Below, one piece after another: positions 1 through 12,260 of a DNA stretch of 64,000 bases (position 1 is its first letter; every line of letters starts with the position of its first letter). The DNA comes from Octopus bimaculoides. Taxonomy: Eukaryota. A program made the position numbers and the translations under genes. Below the pieces are notes generated by a model. The model saw nothing but the letters and a program-made list of their open reading frames with translations, was not told where the DNA came from and did no database searches. Location: assembly GCF_001194135.2 (NCBI RefSeq), contig NC_068996.1, forward strand, positions 52,817,232 through 52,881,231. Direction: 5' to 3'.

Positions 1-399
1 CATTGAAGTCACCAGCCACAAAAGAAGGTCCCTGTCATTCGTCAACGAGGTAGTCTGCAAGAGGGTGTCATAAAATCGGTCTTTCTGTCCATCAGGTAGC
101 CCCGGCTGAGGGGCATAGGNNNNNNNNNNTCATAAAATCGGTCTTTCTGTCCATCAGGTAGCCCCGGCTGAGGGGCATAGGCTGAGATAATAATTGATAT
201 ATACACACGTGTATGTAAATACATATGTATGTACATGCATGCATACACAGGGAGGGGTGCTGAGGTGCACGTTCCCCCCCCCCACTCAAGGAAAGAAGTG
301 TGCCCTTCTAAATAATGCTCTTATGCCATTTTCTCCTGGAATTGTATTCCCTTCTGATCTTGTGCTCCACCCTCACTTGGAAAATTTCCTGGGACTGTG

Positions 400-1330
400 C
401 CTGATGCAATGCATGTACATACAAGCATGCATGTATGTTTTGTTTGGCATGGTGATGCTTATAACCTGGTGTTAGAACAATATACATATGTTTCAGAATA
501 AAGTGTTAACTGGATACAGAGCATGATATGAAATTCAATAACTGACAAAAGAACAGGAAAATTATGCAATGAACTTCATTAGCTTACAGCTGTTCCTGTT
601 ATAGGATGCAATTCACTCAGACCTAAGTGCTCGTGCATCACATTATAGCTTTCTCAGAGCTTCCAAAATGAAGTGCAATTTTATTTGGTTGCGCCACCTT
701 TGAAAGTTGGGCATCACACAGGCAATGACAGGAGACTGAGACCTTAGGAGATACACTGTGATTGAGAAGACCCAGCAAGTACAGTGAGATCGTAGCCATG
801 GCTGATGCCAGTATTGCATGTTCAGCCCATTTAAAAATACCCTTGATGTGCTGGACGATATGATATGCTTGAGAAGACCTGTTGAGTCAAGTAAAACCAA
901 AATCATAGCTGTGGCCAGTGCCCCCTGACTGGCTCCAGTATCGGGGGCATGTAAAATGCACCATCTGAACATGGTTGATGCTAGTGCCTTCTGACTGGCT
1001 CCTGTGCTGGTGGCACAAAAAAAGCACCATCTGAAAGTGGTCTATGCCAGGTCATCCTGACTGGCTCCCATGCCGGTGGCACATAAAAGCACTATCTGAA
1101 CATGATCAATGCCAGGGCTGCTTGACTGGCTCCTGTGCCGATGGCACATAAAAATTACCCACTACACTCTCAGAGTGGTTGGCGTTAGGAAGGGCATCTA
1201 GCTGTAGAAACATTGCCAGATCAGATTGGAAGTTGGTGCAGCCTTCAGGCTTTCCAGACCTCAGTCAAACCATCCAACCAATGCCAGCATGGAAAACAGA
1301 CATTAAACGACGACGATGATGATGATGATG
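400..1330 (+). mobile_element. Abundant (GAT)n-tailed SINE-like repeat (family A) with internal tandem subrepeats
   Basis: About five gccag..ctgactggctcc..gcac..aaa subunits at 910-1160; ends ttaaacgacgacgatgatgatg. Related copies near 13465-13900(-), 16470-16750(-), 22190-22565(-), 35090-35320(+), 45950-46090(-), 48520-48815(+), 53655-53920(+), 57450-57790(-). Confidence 0.85.
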
Positions 1331-1599
1331 AAAGCATTTACATGTTAAGGAAAGATCATTATCAAAAAATATGAAAATACAAAAGAAATTGTGCTTGGAG
1401 TTTGAAGGATAAAAGCTGCTCTCAGAAATATGCAAATTTATGCATTTTTGCCAGAAAACAGGAAAGCTACTTATAAATGCCAAAACCTTCCCAGGTACCC
1501 CACAACAAAAATTAGTAGTTAGTTATTTCTAATCAGGGCTAAATAGATGCCCAGAAGACAACCAGCATGGAGAAGGGCCTGGAAGCTTAAGGATCCTGG

Positions 1600-2225
1600 G
1601 AATGGACAGAGATTTACAGATGTATTACTTTAAATAGAGGAGAATAAGCGTCACAAGATGTGGAAGACAACTGGAGGTTTCTACGAGACAACCTACTGAG
1701 GGCTACTGACCAGATCTGTGGACGGTGCAAAGTCCCCTCTTGACCCAAGGTAATGTGGTGGTGGAACATAGCAGGGAATTGTATCAGACTGCCAGAAGGG
1801 AAGCTAGGAGACAGGTTTACTTAGCCAGAGGGGAAGCAGATAAGAAAAAATTTTCAATGCTCTGCGCTGTGAGGACCAAAGACTTGAGGTGTTTCATGTT
1901 GCAAGACAGTGTGTGAGAGAGAATCATGATGTTATAGGAGAGAAATGTGTCCACATGGATGATGGCTCACTTGCATTTAATGAGGCTCCAAGGAGAGAGA
2001 CTTGAAGCTGCTACTATGAAAGGTTGCTAAATGAAGAGAATGGATGGGAGAAATAGAGTCTGCTGAATGCCAACCCAACAGAAGGACCAGCTATCCGAAT
2101 TGACAGTACCTTGGTAGATAAAGCAATTAAGGGTATGAAGACAGGAAAAGCCCCTGGCCCATCAGGAATCACCGCAGAGATGCTTAAAATATCTGGTGGT
2201 GTTGGCTATAGCCTAGTCACCCATG
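1600..2225 (+). mobile_element. Degenerate RTE-type LINE ORF fragment (linker before RT)
   Basis: Translates to ...ERLLNEEN...VDKAIKGMKTGKAPGPSGITAEMLK, the KAPGPDGI-type motif, with stops and frameshifts. Confidence 0.85.
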
Positions 2226-2414
2226 TTTGAGGGAGGACATGCAGTGAAAATAACCAGATCTGTGGAACACAAAGGATTAGATTCTTCAAGACAAAAGTTC
2301 TTGACACATTTATGGAAAATGACTTCCAAAAGTGGCAGGAATGCCGGGACCAGTGTATTGTTGTGAAGGAGATGATGTTGAAACTTAGGTAAATAAGTTA
2401 TTTTTTATTAAAAA

Positions 2415-3055
2415 TTAACTGGATTACCTGGTGTTGCCCGGGTTACTGTTGTTCTTATTTAGATTAGTAAACAATAAATATGAAGATATATTATTTTTTA
2501 TCGTAATTATTTCAAAATATCTATATTTTAATAAAAAATATCCAAATTATAATAGAATCTAGATCTGAAACTCTGAATCTTGAAGCACCTCAGGGTAAAC
2601 AGTATTCATTGTGTAATTTTTGTTGGGGTCCAAATGAACAAATTGTTGCTGTTTCTAACTTGTGAGCAACCAACATAGAGTTGGTCAGGGGATAAACATG
2701 TAGTAAAGAGATCAAGTCCAACCACCTTGAGGGATCGACCCCGAGGTTTATTAATTGAAATAGCAAAACTTAGTTTGACTGGAAACTGAAGCCTCTTAAA
2801 TTCAAATGTAGGTATGAGAGGAAATTTTGGAATAAAGACATTTTCTTCTTTGTGACTACCTGTTATGATTGTTGCCTGTAGGACATAGGGCTTCATGGAA
2901 GTAACAATAAAATGAGTTCCATTTCACAGGCAAGGTGGGTCAAGATTCCTAAGCAACATAATGGAAGCATCTAGCTTCAGTGTCAACTTATGCGGTGGCA
3001 TCCCTGTGGGTTTAAATGCAGAAATTCAACAGGGTATTGAACAGCCTGATCTTGG
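2415..3055 (-). mobile_element. Helitron 3' fragment (PIF1-like helicase C-terminus and degenerate terminal hairpin)
   Basis: YPVEFL...PPHKLTLKLDASIMLLRNLDPP and FKRLQFPVKLSFAISINK...LKVVGLDL...QLYVGCS; acccgggcaacaccaggt near 2425-2445 resembles the Helitron subterminal hairpin. Confidence 0.9.
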
Positions 3056-3519
3056 TTGACTGTTGTGTGAATTGATGGAAAATAATTTCTAATGTATATA
3101 TTTTCATATGTGCAAGCACAACACATACACACTCATATACAAAAAGTGTTGTTGTTGTTGTGGAAGTGGTAGTGGCATAAAATGTCCTTTACTATATGGT
3201 ATGTAACGAATGCACAAACACACACACACACACATATACAAAATGTGTCATTGTCATTGTCATTGTGGTATAAAATGTCCTTTACTCTAATTGACAATAG
3301 AAATATTATTTTGGAGAAAATGCTATATTGTTTTAATCCAAATGAAAATAAAAAATTACATGTTGACACTCGCAGGGTGTAATACTATTATCTTGTAAAA
3401 TTTGATTTGATTTGGTGGAGCCGTTTGAGAATGCATAGGGAACAGACAAATAATGAATTTTATATAGAGAGAGATAACTACTCCAGGAACATTTTGATAC
3501 CACCTCACACACACACACA

Positions 3520-3820
3520 TGTCTTCTTTTATCTTTTATTTGTTTCAGTTATTGGTTGAGGCCATGCTGGGACGCTGTCTTGAACAAATTGACCTAGTAC
3601 TTACAGCATCAGCCTCTTTTGCCAAACTGCATAGTTACAGGGATGGAAACAAACCAATAAGTGGGGTGAGGACAAACACAGATTCAAAGACACACACACG
3701 CACATATATGACAAGGCCCCCACTTAGTTTTCTTTCACCATATTTGCTGACAATGCACTGGTCAGCCTGAGGTTATAGCAGAAGCCCGAAGTGACTGAAA
3801 CCAGAACCAAGTCCTTAGTT
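3520..3820 (-). mobile_element. tRNA-headed SINE (family B)
   Basis: Shares the aaagccttgtgagtggatttggtagacagaaactgaaagaagccc core and gaaacaagtaaaaga tail with copies near 11540-11930(-), 12160-12250(+), 16255-16985(+), 23470-23780(-), 51725-52100(+), 55850-56080(+), 63140-63260(-). Confidence 0.8.
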
Positions 3821-4827
3821 CACACATTTCGTCACTCAGGCTCATCATAGATTTTGCATAAGACAAATTCCTGCATGTTTTTCCGCTTTATTTCTTGCTC
3901 CAAATAGCTTATTTTTTATACCTAGCTCTATGTCTTTCTCCATTTCTAAGTTAAGGGTCAAAAATAAAGCAACCCTGTGAGACACAACTGATCTCTACAC
4001 ACAAATGCACAGAATAACAGCAATCAAATAACGACAGCAGAGTGCACCACAAACATCAGCGACCTGACTGTCGCCTGTACTCTTGACAAGAGATGCCAGT
4101 TAGTCTTTTACACCTACCAAGCTTGTTTGTATTAGCCCGAGTTGCATGACAATTTTTTGTTCCTTTAAGAATATTGTAGAACAGAAACTTTTCATAGATT
4201 GGAATTTAAATCCTAATATCTATAGAAGTTTATTGTTTCAAGAAAACAATGAATTTGAATTATTTTTAATTTTTATGATCATATTTAACAACTCNNNNNN
4301 NNNNNNNNNNNNNNNNNNNNNNNNNNNNNNNNNNNNNNNNNNNNNNNNNNNNNNNNNNNNNNNNNNNNNNNNNNNNNNNNNNNNNNNNNNNNNNNNNNNN
4401 NNNNNNNNNNNNNNNNNNNNNNNNNNNNNNNNNNNNNNNNNNNNNNNNNNNNNNNNNNNNNNNNNNNNNNNNNNNNNNNNNNNNNNNNNNNNNNNNNNNN
4501 NNNNNNNNNNNNNNNNNNNNNNNNNNNNNNNNNNNNNNNNNNNNNNNNNNNNNNNNNNNNNNNNNNNNNNNNNNNNNNNNNNNNNNNNNNNNNNNNNNNN
4601 NNNNNNNNNNNNNNNNNNNNNNNNNNNNNNNNNNNNNNNNNNNNNNNNNNNNNNNNNNNNNNNNNNNNNNNNNNNNNNNNNNNNNNNNNNNNNNNNNNNN
4701 NNNNNNNNNNNNNNNNNNNNNNNNNNNNNNNNNNNNNNNNNNNNNNNNNNNNNNNNNNNNNNNNNNNNNNNNNNNNNNNNNNNNNNNNNNNNNNNNNNNN
4801 NNNNNNNNATATACATACATACATACA

Positions 4828-5056
4828 CAGAGTTGGCCAAAACTCACCCAACAGTAAACCAAAATTCCATAAATACTATCTGTAATTCATTATTGACTCG
4901 AATGGGAAAATGTGTCACTCAAGGACTTCAGTTTGAACAATTTTCATGTTGTTTCATAATTAGATACTTTATTAAATCCATTCAGTTGTTAAACATAGAC
5001 AAATCTTGGAATTAAATGGTTTTGATTTACTGTCAGGTGACTTTTGGTGTACCCTG
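4828..5056. mobile_element. Tc1/mariner-type MITE
   Basis: Imperfect TIRs cagagttggccaaaactcacccaacagtaaa / rc cagggtacaccaaaagtcacctgacagtaaa; TA at the right end. Confidence 0.65.
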
Positions 5057-5110
5057 TATATATATGTATATATATATTTCGTATGTGCATAATGCCTCTC
5101 CCAAGGTTTA

Positions 5111-5145
<35 letters not shown>

Positions 5146-5587
5146 TTAATGAATGGAGTAAAACGTATATGTTAACTGCATACTTTTATTTCCAACATAT
5201 GTTTCGAGGAATTACAATTTATACGATCCATAAGAATCGGCGATGTTAAAAATGTAAACTTCTCTTCAGGGAAATGCATGGGANNNNNNNNNNNNNNNNN
5301 NNNNNNNNNNNNNNNNNNNNNNNNNNNNNNNNNNNNNNNNNNNNNNNNNNNNNNNNNNNNNNNNNNNNNNNNNNNNNNNNNNNTATACATATATATATAT
5401 ATATATACATATAAGCCAAGAGAGTTAGGGGTTGAAGATCCAACCCACTAAGGGATAATATCTTTCCAATATACTGCTGGGAGGGTACCCAGTTATTGTT
5501 ACACTAGTGTTATACCATGTGCAATAAGTGGGTGCATACATACATATATAAATTTGACATGGGTGATTCTTTCTTGGTATATATATA

Positions 5588-5935
5588 TGTAGTAACGCCG
5601 TGCGCATGCGTGGAATTAAACAAGCAAGCGTTTCCCGCTCAATTCATTCTCTTTCTCGCTGGCCAGCGATTGAGCATGGACGTGTGTTTAAGCTGTCTCT
5701 CTACATCTTTCGGACTTACGCTCGACAGCTCGCTCACAACTACAGAACAACGTCCCAACAACTATGCTCATACACAATAGAAGCTGTAACAACAAGAACT
5801 AAAGATTTGTATGTTTACCACCTAAATAAAGAGTTGTTTAAGTTGATAGTCTGGAGTTCAGCATTCCGTTATATTCTAAGTTTATAGTAGGAAAGTCGGG
5901 TATACATCTAATGATGTATAACCAATTTTACTATA
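5588..5935 (+). mobile_element. 5' LTR of a Gypsy-like retrotransposon
   Basis: TGTAGTAA...TTACTATA inverted termini, AATAAA about 110 nt from the 3' end, tRNA-Trp PBS (tggtgacc(c)ccgacgtgat) one base after the end. Confidence 0.8.
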
Positions 5936-5936
5936 C

Positions 5937-6150
5937 TGGTGACCCCCGACGTGATTCGAAAACGCAGCCCGCTGAGCTGAAATAACCCACTTTCTACTAA
6001 AGTGGTGACCCCCGACGAAGAAAAAATGCAGCATGAATTCTGGACTACCAACTTATAACTGGTGAACCCGACTAAAGAACAAATACAGCCATGGAGACCG
6101 AACTACATATTACCAACATCTCCAACCATAGTCAACACGACTCAACAAGA
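5937..6150 (-). repeat. Tandem array of 3-4 degenerate CCA-ended tRNA-Trp-derived units (PBS array)
   Basis: tggtga(c/a)cc..gac at 5937, 6003, 6060 and a weak copy at 6129; on the minus strand the first three units align with the 3' half of tRNA-Trp. Confidence 0.8.
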
Positions 6151-7149
6151 GCGGTTTTTATTCTCGTCTCTGTTAGAGTGGATTTTTCCACTCACGAAAA
6201 ACAGACAGGAATTACGGCCTGCTTTTTATTATGTTCTTATATGTCGCATTCACACTCTCACATTACACATACATCTTTTATGCCACACANNNNNNNNNNN
6301 NNNNNNNNNNNNNNNNNNNNNNNNNNNNNNNNNNNNNNNNNNNNNNNNNNNNNNNNNNNNNNNNNNNNNNNNNNNNNNNNNNNNNNNNNNNNNNNNNNNN
6401 NNNNNNNNNNNNNNNNNNNNNNNNNNNNNNNNNNNNNNNNNNNNNNNNNNNNNNNNNNNNNNNNNNNNNNNNNNNNNNNNNNNNNNNNNNNNNNNNNNNN
6501 NNNNNNNNNNNNNNNNNNNNNNNNNNNNNNNNNNNNNNNNNNNNNNNNNNNNNNNNNNNNNNNNNNNNNNNNNNNNNNNNNNNNNNNNNNNNNNNNNNNN
6601 NNNNNNNNNNNNNNNNNNNNNNNNNNNNNNNNNNNNNNNNNNNNNNNNNNNNNNNNNNNNNNNNNNNNNNNNNNNNNNNNNNNNNNNNNNNNNNNNNNNN
6701 NNNNNNNNNNNNNNNNNNNNNNNNNNNNNNNNNNNNNNNNNNNNNNNNNNNNNNNNNNNNNNNNNNNNNNNNNNNNNNNNNNNNNNNNNNNNNNNNNNNN
6801 NNNNNNNNNNNNNNNNNNNNNNNNNNNNNNNNNNNNNNNNNNNNNNNNNNNNNNNNNNNNNNNNNNNNNNNNNNNNNNNNNNNNNNNNNNNNNNNNNNNN
6901 NNNNNNNNNNNNNNNNNNNNNNNNNNNNNNNNNNNNNNNNNNNNNNNNNNNNNNNNNNNNNNNNNNNNNNNNNNNNNNNNNNNNNNNNNNNNNNNNNNNN
7001 NNNNNNNNNNNNNNNNNNNNNNNNNNNNNNNNNNNNNNNNNNNNNNNNNNNNNNNNNNNNNNNNNNNNNNNNNNNNNNNNNNNNNNNNNNNNNNNNNNNN
7101 NNNNNNNNNNNNNNNNNNNNNNNNNNNNNNNNNNNNATATATATATATA

Positions 7150-8400
7150 TATATATACTAATCATTATCATCATCATCATTTAACACTTGTTTTCCATGC
7201 TCGTATGGGTTGGATGGTGTAACCAGAGCTGTGAAGCTGAGGGGGCTGCTCCAGACTCCAGTCTAATGTGGCATGTTTTCTACAGCTGGATGCTCTTCCT
7301 AACACTTTACAGTGCATGCTGGGTGCTTTTACATGGCACCGAACAGGTGCTTTTATATGGTGTTACACAGGTGCTTTTATGAGGCACCACCATGAATGCT
7401 TTATACCACTAGAAGGACCGGTCTTAACACTTCTGCTGTGAGGTATGGCAAGGTGCCAGACATCTCAGTCCTTTGTCATCTCACCTAGAAGGTTCAGCGT
7501 CCTGAGGTCGTCTTCCTGGGTCTCCCATTTCCCCTTGTTCCATCTTTTAGAGATCAGTACTTTTTTATGGAGCTGTCAGCATCCATCTGCATCATATAAC
7601 CAAACCAGTGCAGAGTCTTCTCTCATGCACACAGCAATTAATTCCGCTTATGCCTAAATTCTCTCTCAAAACCCTAACACTGTCACAGATGTACACCTAC
7701 ATTACACATCCATCAGAGCATACTAGCCTCATTTCATTCTAACCTTTGCATGTCCTCTACATTCATGGCCCACATCTCACTAACCATGTAGAGTTGCTGT
7801 CTGTATACATGTATCATACAATCCTCCTTTCATTTGGAGAAACCTTTCATGGCCAACTGAGGTAACAGCTCTCTGAATTTCCTCCATCCTACTCTTATTC
7901 TAGCTATCATACTCTCTGCGCATCCTCCCCCATTGCTAATCTGATCCCCTAGGTAGTAGAAATTATCTACTACCTCTAATGAGCCATTAGGATATTTGAG
8001 AGAATCAATTTACTGAGTCTCTGTAGTTTTTACGGATCTTGTGCGCCTTCCGCATTTGAAAACTATCTTCTCTGATAACCTTCCAATTAACCCACAGCAC
8101 CTCTTGTGTCCATAGCTTACACTGGGTACACAGTGTGAAGTTCCTGCCTACACTTTTCCTACAAATTGAACAGGGCCACTTACCTGAGTGGAATAGGGTC
8201 CTGTCAGTTTACTTGCTTAGCCATCTACATATCATACATAATATATACACACTATCAATAGACAACTCCTTTCAGGGCAGCCAAAACAACCTTGTTCTGT
8301 TATGTTAAGTTCCTCTCAAAGGAACATAGGATACTTACATCCTCCTCCTCTTGCCATCTCAGTTGTGTTTCACACACTTATGATCACTGTACTTTCCTTT
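7150..8400 (-). mobile_element. 5'-truncated RTE-type LINE whose 3' end is the family A (GAT)n-tailed sequence
   Basis: Minus translation ...LEVVDNFYYLGDQISNGGGCAESMIARIRVGWRKFRELLP...ERRLHWFGY...; contiguous with the family A tail at 7150-7420. Confidence 0.85.
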
Positions 8401-8559
8401 ACAGAACTTGTAGAAGTTTAAGCAAAACATGAACACCACCGCCTTCCCCTTCACTTTGGAGTGAATGACTGAGACTCAAGCCAACAAGAGAGCCTCTATG
8501 TGGTTATTTGACCTGCTGAAAATAGCAGTCAAGCTTCGTTTAGATCGTACATCATCATT

Positions 8560-8795
8560 AACCCTTTAGCATTCAAGATTATTCTGTCAAATGTAATACT
8601 TATTTATTTGTATTGTTTTGAATTAATCTTGTATTAACTTGTAGCTTTGAGGTTTTAAAGATGTGATTGTTTAGTTTTAGAGTGACATTAAATGGTAGGT
8701 GTGAGAGGCAGATCTGGCCAGTTTTGGCCAGTTTGAACATAAAATGGGTAGAAAACTTGGGCTGGATATTGCCAATTTAAATGCTAAGTTGTTAA
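8560..8795. mobile_element. Non-autonomous element with TTAACCCTTTAGC-type ends (piggyBac-like MITE)
   Basis: ttaaccctttagcatt...aatgctaagttgttaa; related copies near 14346-14575, 36905-37104, 54116-54312 and a fragment near 35920-35990. Confidence 0.65.
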
Positions 8796-9687
8796 ACAAG
8801 CACAGACACATTAAAGGATATATTCACGAAAGTATGAAAATGCTTTTGCTTTAAATTACACAATCCTAAGTGGATTGGAATGCTTTAATGCTAAATTGTT
8901 TTTAATAAATGTGATTGAAGACGGATGATACATTCACCAATGTTCAATTAAAATTTGTATCATATTTGGCTATGCTAGGCTGACAAACTTGATAACTCCT
9001 TCAACATAAATGTTTGGCTTAACTAAATGAGCCTAATTAGAGAGCTTGCTATTAATGGAACAAAATTAGGACACAAACATTTATTCTCAATTAAAATACT
9101 GCTAATGTTAGTCAAACTATGCTTTAGAACTTTGAGCATGTTATTTCCACAATTATTGTACATTAACGATGTGTACATGTTTCGAAATTTATATAACTGT
9201 CTATATTATGTAATGCTTACATATAAGTATGAAAGCATTTTTCTATGTTCACAGACATAAGACAATTGTCATACAACTAACAGTAAGCTGACCCTATTTG
9301 CATTTCTCTTAAGTAGGCATTCATATAATGCACACACCCACACACCCACACATCAGATGTGCGCGCACACACACACACACACATACTCACTCACCAATGC
9401 ACAAACATAACAAAGTAAGGCTGAATTGACTTACATTTATCTCATACCTACTTCTAAATAGATAATTTGTTATCTAAATAAGACCTATATTTCTCATCTG
9501 CTTTTGCTCTCTCTCTCTCTACTTAGTGATCTACCCACACAATGAACAACCCAAATGCTTTCTGTCTGTCTGACAGACTCTATGCATTTATGCATACATG
9601 GTTATGTGTATGCAAGCACACACACACACACACACAAACGCACATACATCACACACATACATACATCACACACACACACATATACAT

Positions 9688-9718
<31 letters not shown>

Positions 9719-9849
9719 ATACATCACACACACACACACACACATCACACTCACATACAGATGTATATGTACCTATATATGTATATATCTACTACATATG
9801 TGGGAAATTCTGTCTGTGGGTGTGTTTGTTTGTGGAGTTGTTAGTCAAC

Positions 9850-10687
9850 TCCTGCTACATCAGATTTTCCATCACCTTGTCCAGCAGTTGTCGGATGAAT
9901 TCTGGTGTATGGATGCAGTCAGAATGCCTTCTGTGTCCATTCCTGTTGGTCACCGCTTCACAGTCTCCTCTGCAATTGTCCATGTCAGCATTTACAGAGT
10001 TCAAAGTGCATTGAGCAGCAGTCATGATGTCAGCATTTTGATACCCAGNNNNNNNNNNAGAGCGAATCCTCATGCTACAGGTGTAAATAGTGAATAGTTG
10101 TCATAGAGACATTAGTCTCTCTCTATCACCTTTCAACATAATTATATATGAAGAGACATTGGAACAATTCAACAACATAATAAAAAAGTTTTATTTTTGA
10201 TGATGCTTGGTTGCATAAATCCTGTGTCACTCAGCGTAGCAGCCGCTGATTGAGTTGTAATCGGAATTGGAAGGTTAAGAGCTTCCTTGATGCCTGCCAG
10301 AGGAGCAAATAGCTATCATATCAATAGCATCGTGGTGAAAAGTGCTTCGTGGAGGAGAGAGGTGTTGTCACATCGAAGGTCTCAAGCTCAACTCGCCTAA
10401 CAAAGTGAAACTCACTGTTTAAGTACGAGTTTTACTACGCATGCGCAACTCGAGGGGCTTCCGGTGGAGAAGTCCTCTGCACATGCGCAGAATAGTACTT
10501 CCTCAATGGCGGCTATAATTTCGTGCCACTACACAGGTAACTCTGTTCCAGTATTCGGATGGCTTCCAGTCTTTCCGGTCAGCCAACTGCTTCTCAACTT
10601 TAATCATTATGCTCCACTTCAATACATCAAGCTGTTCATGGAAAAAGGAAACAATAAAACCATCAGATTTAGCCCAAACACCCTGTA
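9850..10687 (-). mobile_element. Left part of a Tc1/mariner (maT-like) transposon, split by a solo LTR
   Basis: TA-cagggtgtttgggctaaa end at 10687; KPSEYWNRVTC and MRIRSGYQNADIMTAAQCTLN match the uninterrupted copy at 17014-17470. Confidence 0.8.
10082..10533 (-). mobile_element. Solo LTR, 452 bp, with 4-bp target site duplication
   Basis: TG...CA termini; CAGG at 10078-81 and 10534-37; the empty site gttacctgtatcatgagg is seen near 17180. Confidence 0.88.
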
Positions 10688-12260
10688 TATACGCGTGTGT
10701 GTGTGTGTGCATGCGTCTGTATGTGTGCATGTACATACACACACGTGTGTTTGTGCATATGTGTATGCGTATTTGTGTCCTTGTTTGTGTGTGCACAAGT
10801 GTATGTGTGCATATTCATTAGCATTAAGATGTCTGCTTTTGTCTTTTTGAATTTTTTTCTTCCATATTGGGCTGGAAATGTCTACACCATGTCTGCAAGT
10901 CCCGATTTGTCTCAATTCTCTGCCATTAGATCTAATCCTATTGAGTAGGGTTACTATTGAGCGACCTTCAGCGCTTCTGTACTTTCCACTATCAATACAC
11001 CCCAGTTCTTCACCAGATTACTGTTAATCTATTAAATTGTTAATCTATTAGACTGTTATTCTCTCATACATTGACTTGCATCTGCATGTTCTCTTATTAT
11101 CTCTTTGCACAAGTCTCCCACAACCCGCCCTCACACACACATCCGCATTTAATGTTTTTTTGTGGGGGGGGGGGGCAACACTTCCTTTTACATGATCTAA
11201 GAAGGAAGCCTGCATGTGACTGTCTGACTCGCTAGATACGGCAGCTGAATCTCCCTGAAATCACAACCACCATCTTTGAAAATGACTTGTCGGATAGTGT
11301 GGTTCAGGTTCCTTAGATTAAACCACAAAAACTAAATATTCACACACACACACATGCATGTATGCATATACACACACAGAAATAAAACCAATCCAATGAA
11401 CCATTCAGCTGGAAAGTCAAAAGCTTGTGTTTATTATTCCAAACATTGATTTATTCGAAGAAACAGTAACCCATTTTGTTGTTATTTAACAGATTTCAAA
11501 ATTGCCCAAGATTCACTCATTGAATAATTTATCTTTCATATGTTATCTTTTGCTTTTTTCAGTCATTAGACTGTGGCCATGCTGGGGCACCACCTTGAAA
11601 ATTTTAGAGTCAAATAAACTGATCCAAGTACTTATTTCTACTATAAGCCTGGTTCTTATTCTATCATTCTCTTTTGCCAAACCACTAAGTTAGGGAGACA
11701 TAAACATACCAACATCAGTTGTCAAGCAGAGACAAGGACCAAACACAAACACAAACACACACACATATATTTGTAATAGGCTTCTTTCAGTTTCCATCTA
11801 CCAAATCCACTCACAAGTCTTTGGTTGTCCCAAGGCTATAGTAGAAGACACTTGCTGAAGGTGCTATGCAGTGGGACTGAACCCACTATCATGTGGCCCA
11901 GAAGCAAACTTCTAACCACACAGCCATTCTGCAAGTTAATTTTTTTTTTTTTTTTTTGTGAGAAAAATATGAATATTACAGAGTTTTGAAAAATTACCAT
12001 TTTATTAGTTATATGACTTTGAATAAACGTGAAATATGATTTTACTGAAATTATAATTACAGCTGGTTCTATTGGACTTATCTATAACATACAATGTTCC
12101 AATCAAGAATTAAGTGATGGGAGAATACATATACAGGAATCCCTAAAGACATCATGGTTACAGGTTCAGGGTCGCTGTGTGTGTCAAGTGTCTTCTCCTG
12201 TAGCCTCCGGCTGACCAAAGTATTGTGAGTGGATTTGGTAGGCAGAACTGGTGATGTTCC

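Noticed and set aside
68-181. Exact 52-bp tandem duplication (68-119 and 130-181)
   Set aside because: The copies flank a 10-N gap; typical unresolved contig overlap.
5937-6002. tRNA with TCA at the anticodon position (Sec or opal suppressor)
   Set aside because: The 5' acceptor strand is missing, the anticodon stem does not pair and CCA is encoded; it is a retroelement-associated copy, not a tRNA gene.
4146-7222. Long ORFs in the track (also 46406-47710 and 50349-50756)
   Set aside because: They are long only because they run through N gaps.
9542-10097. His/Thr-rich and Cys/Val-rich ORFs here and elsewhere
   Set aside because: They are translations of (CA)n, (TG)n, (TA)n and (GA)n microsatellites.
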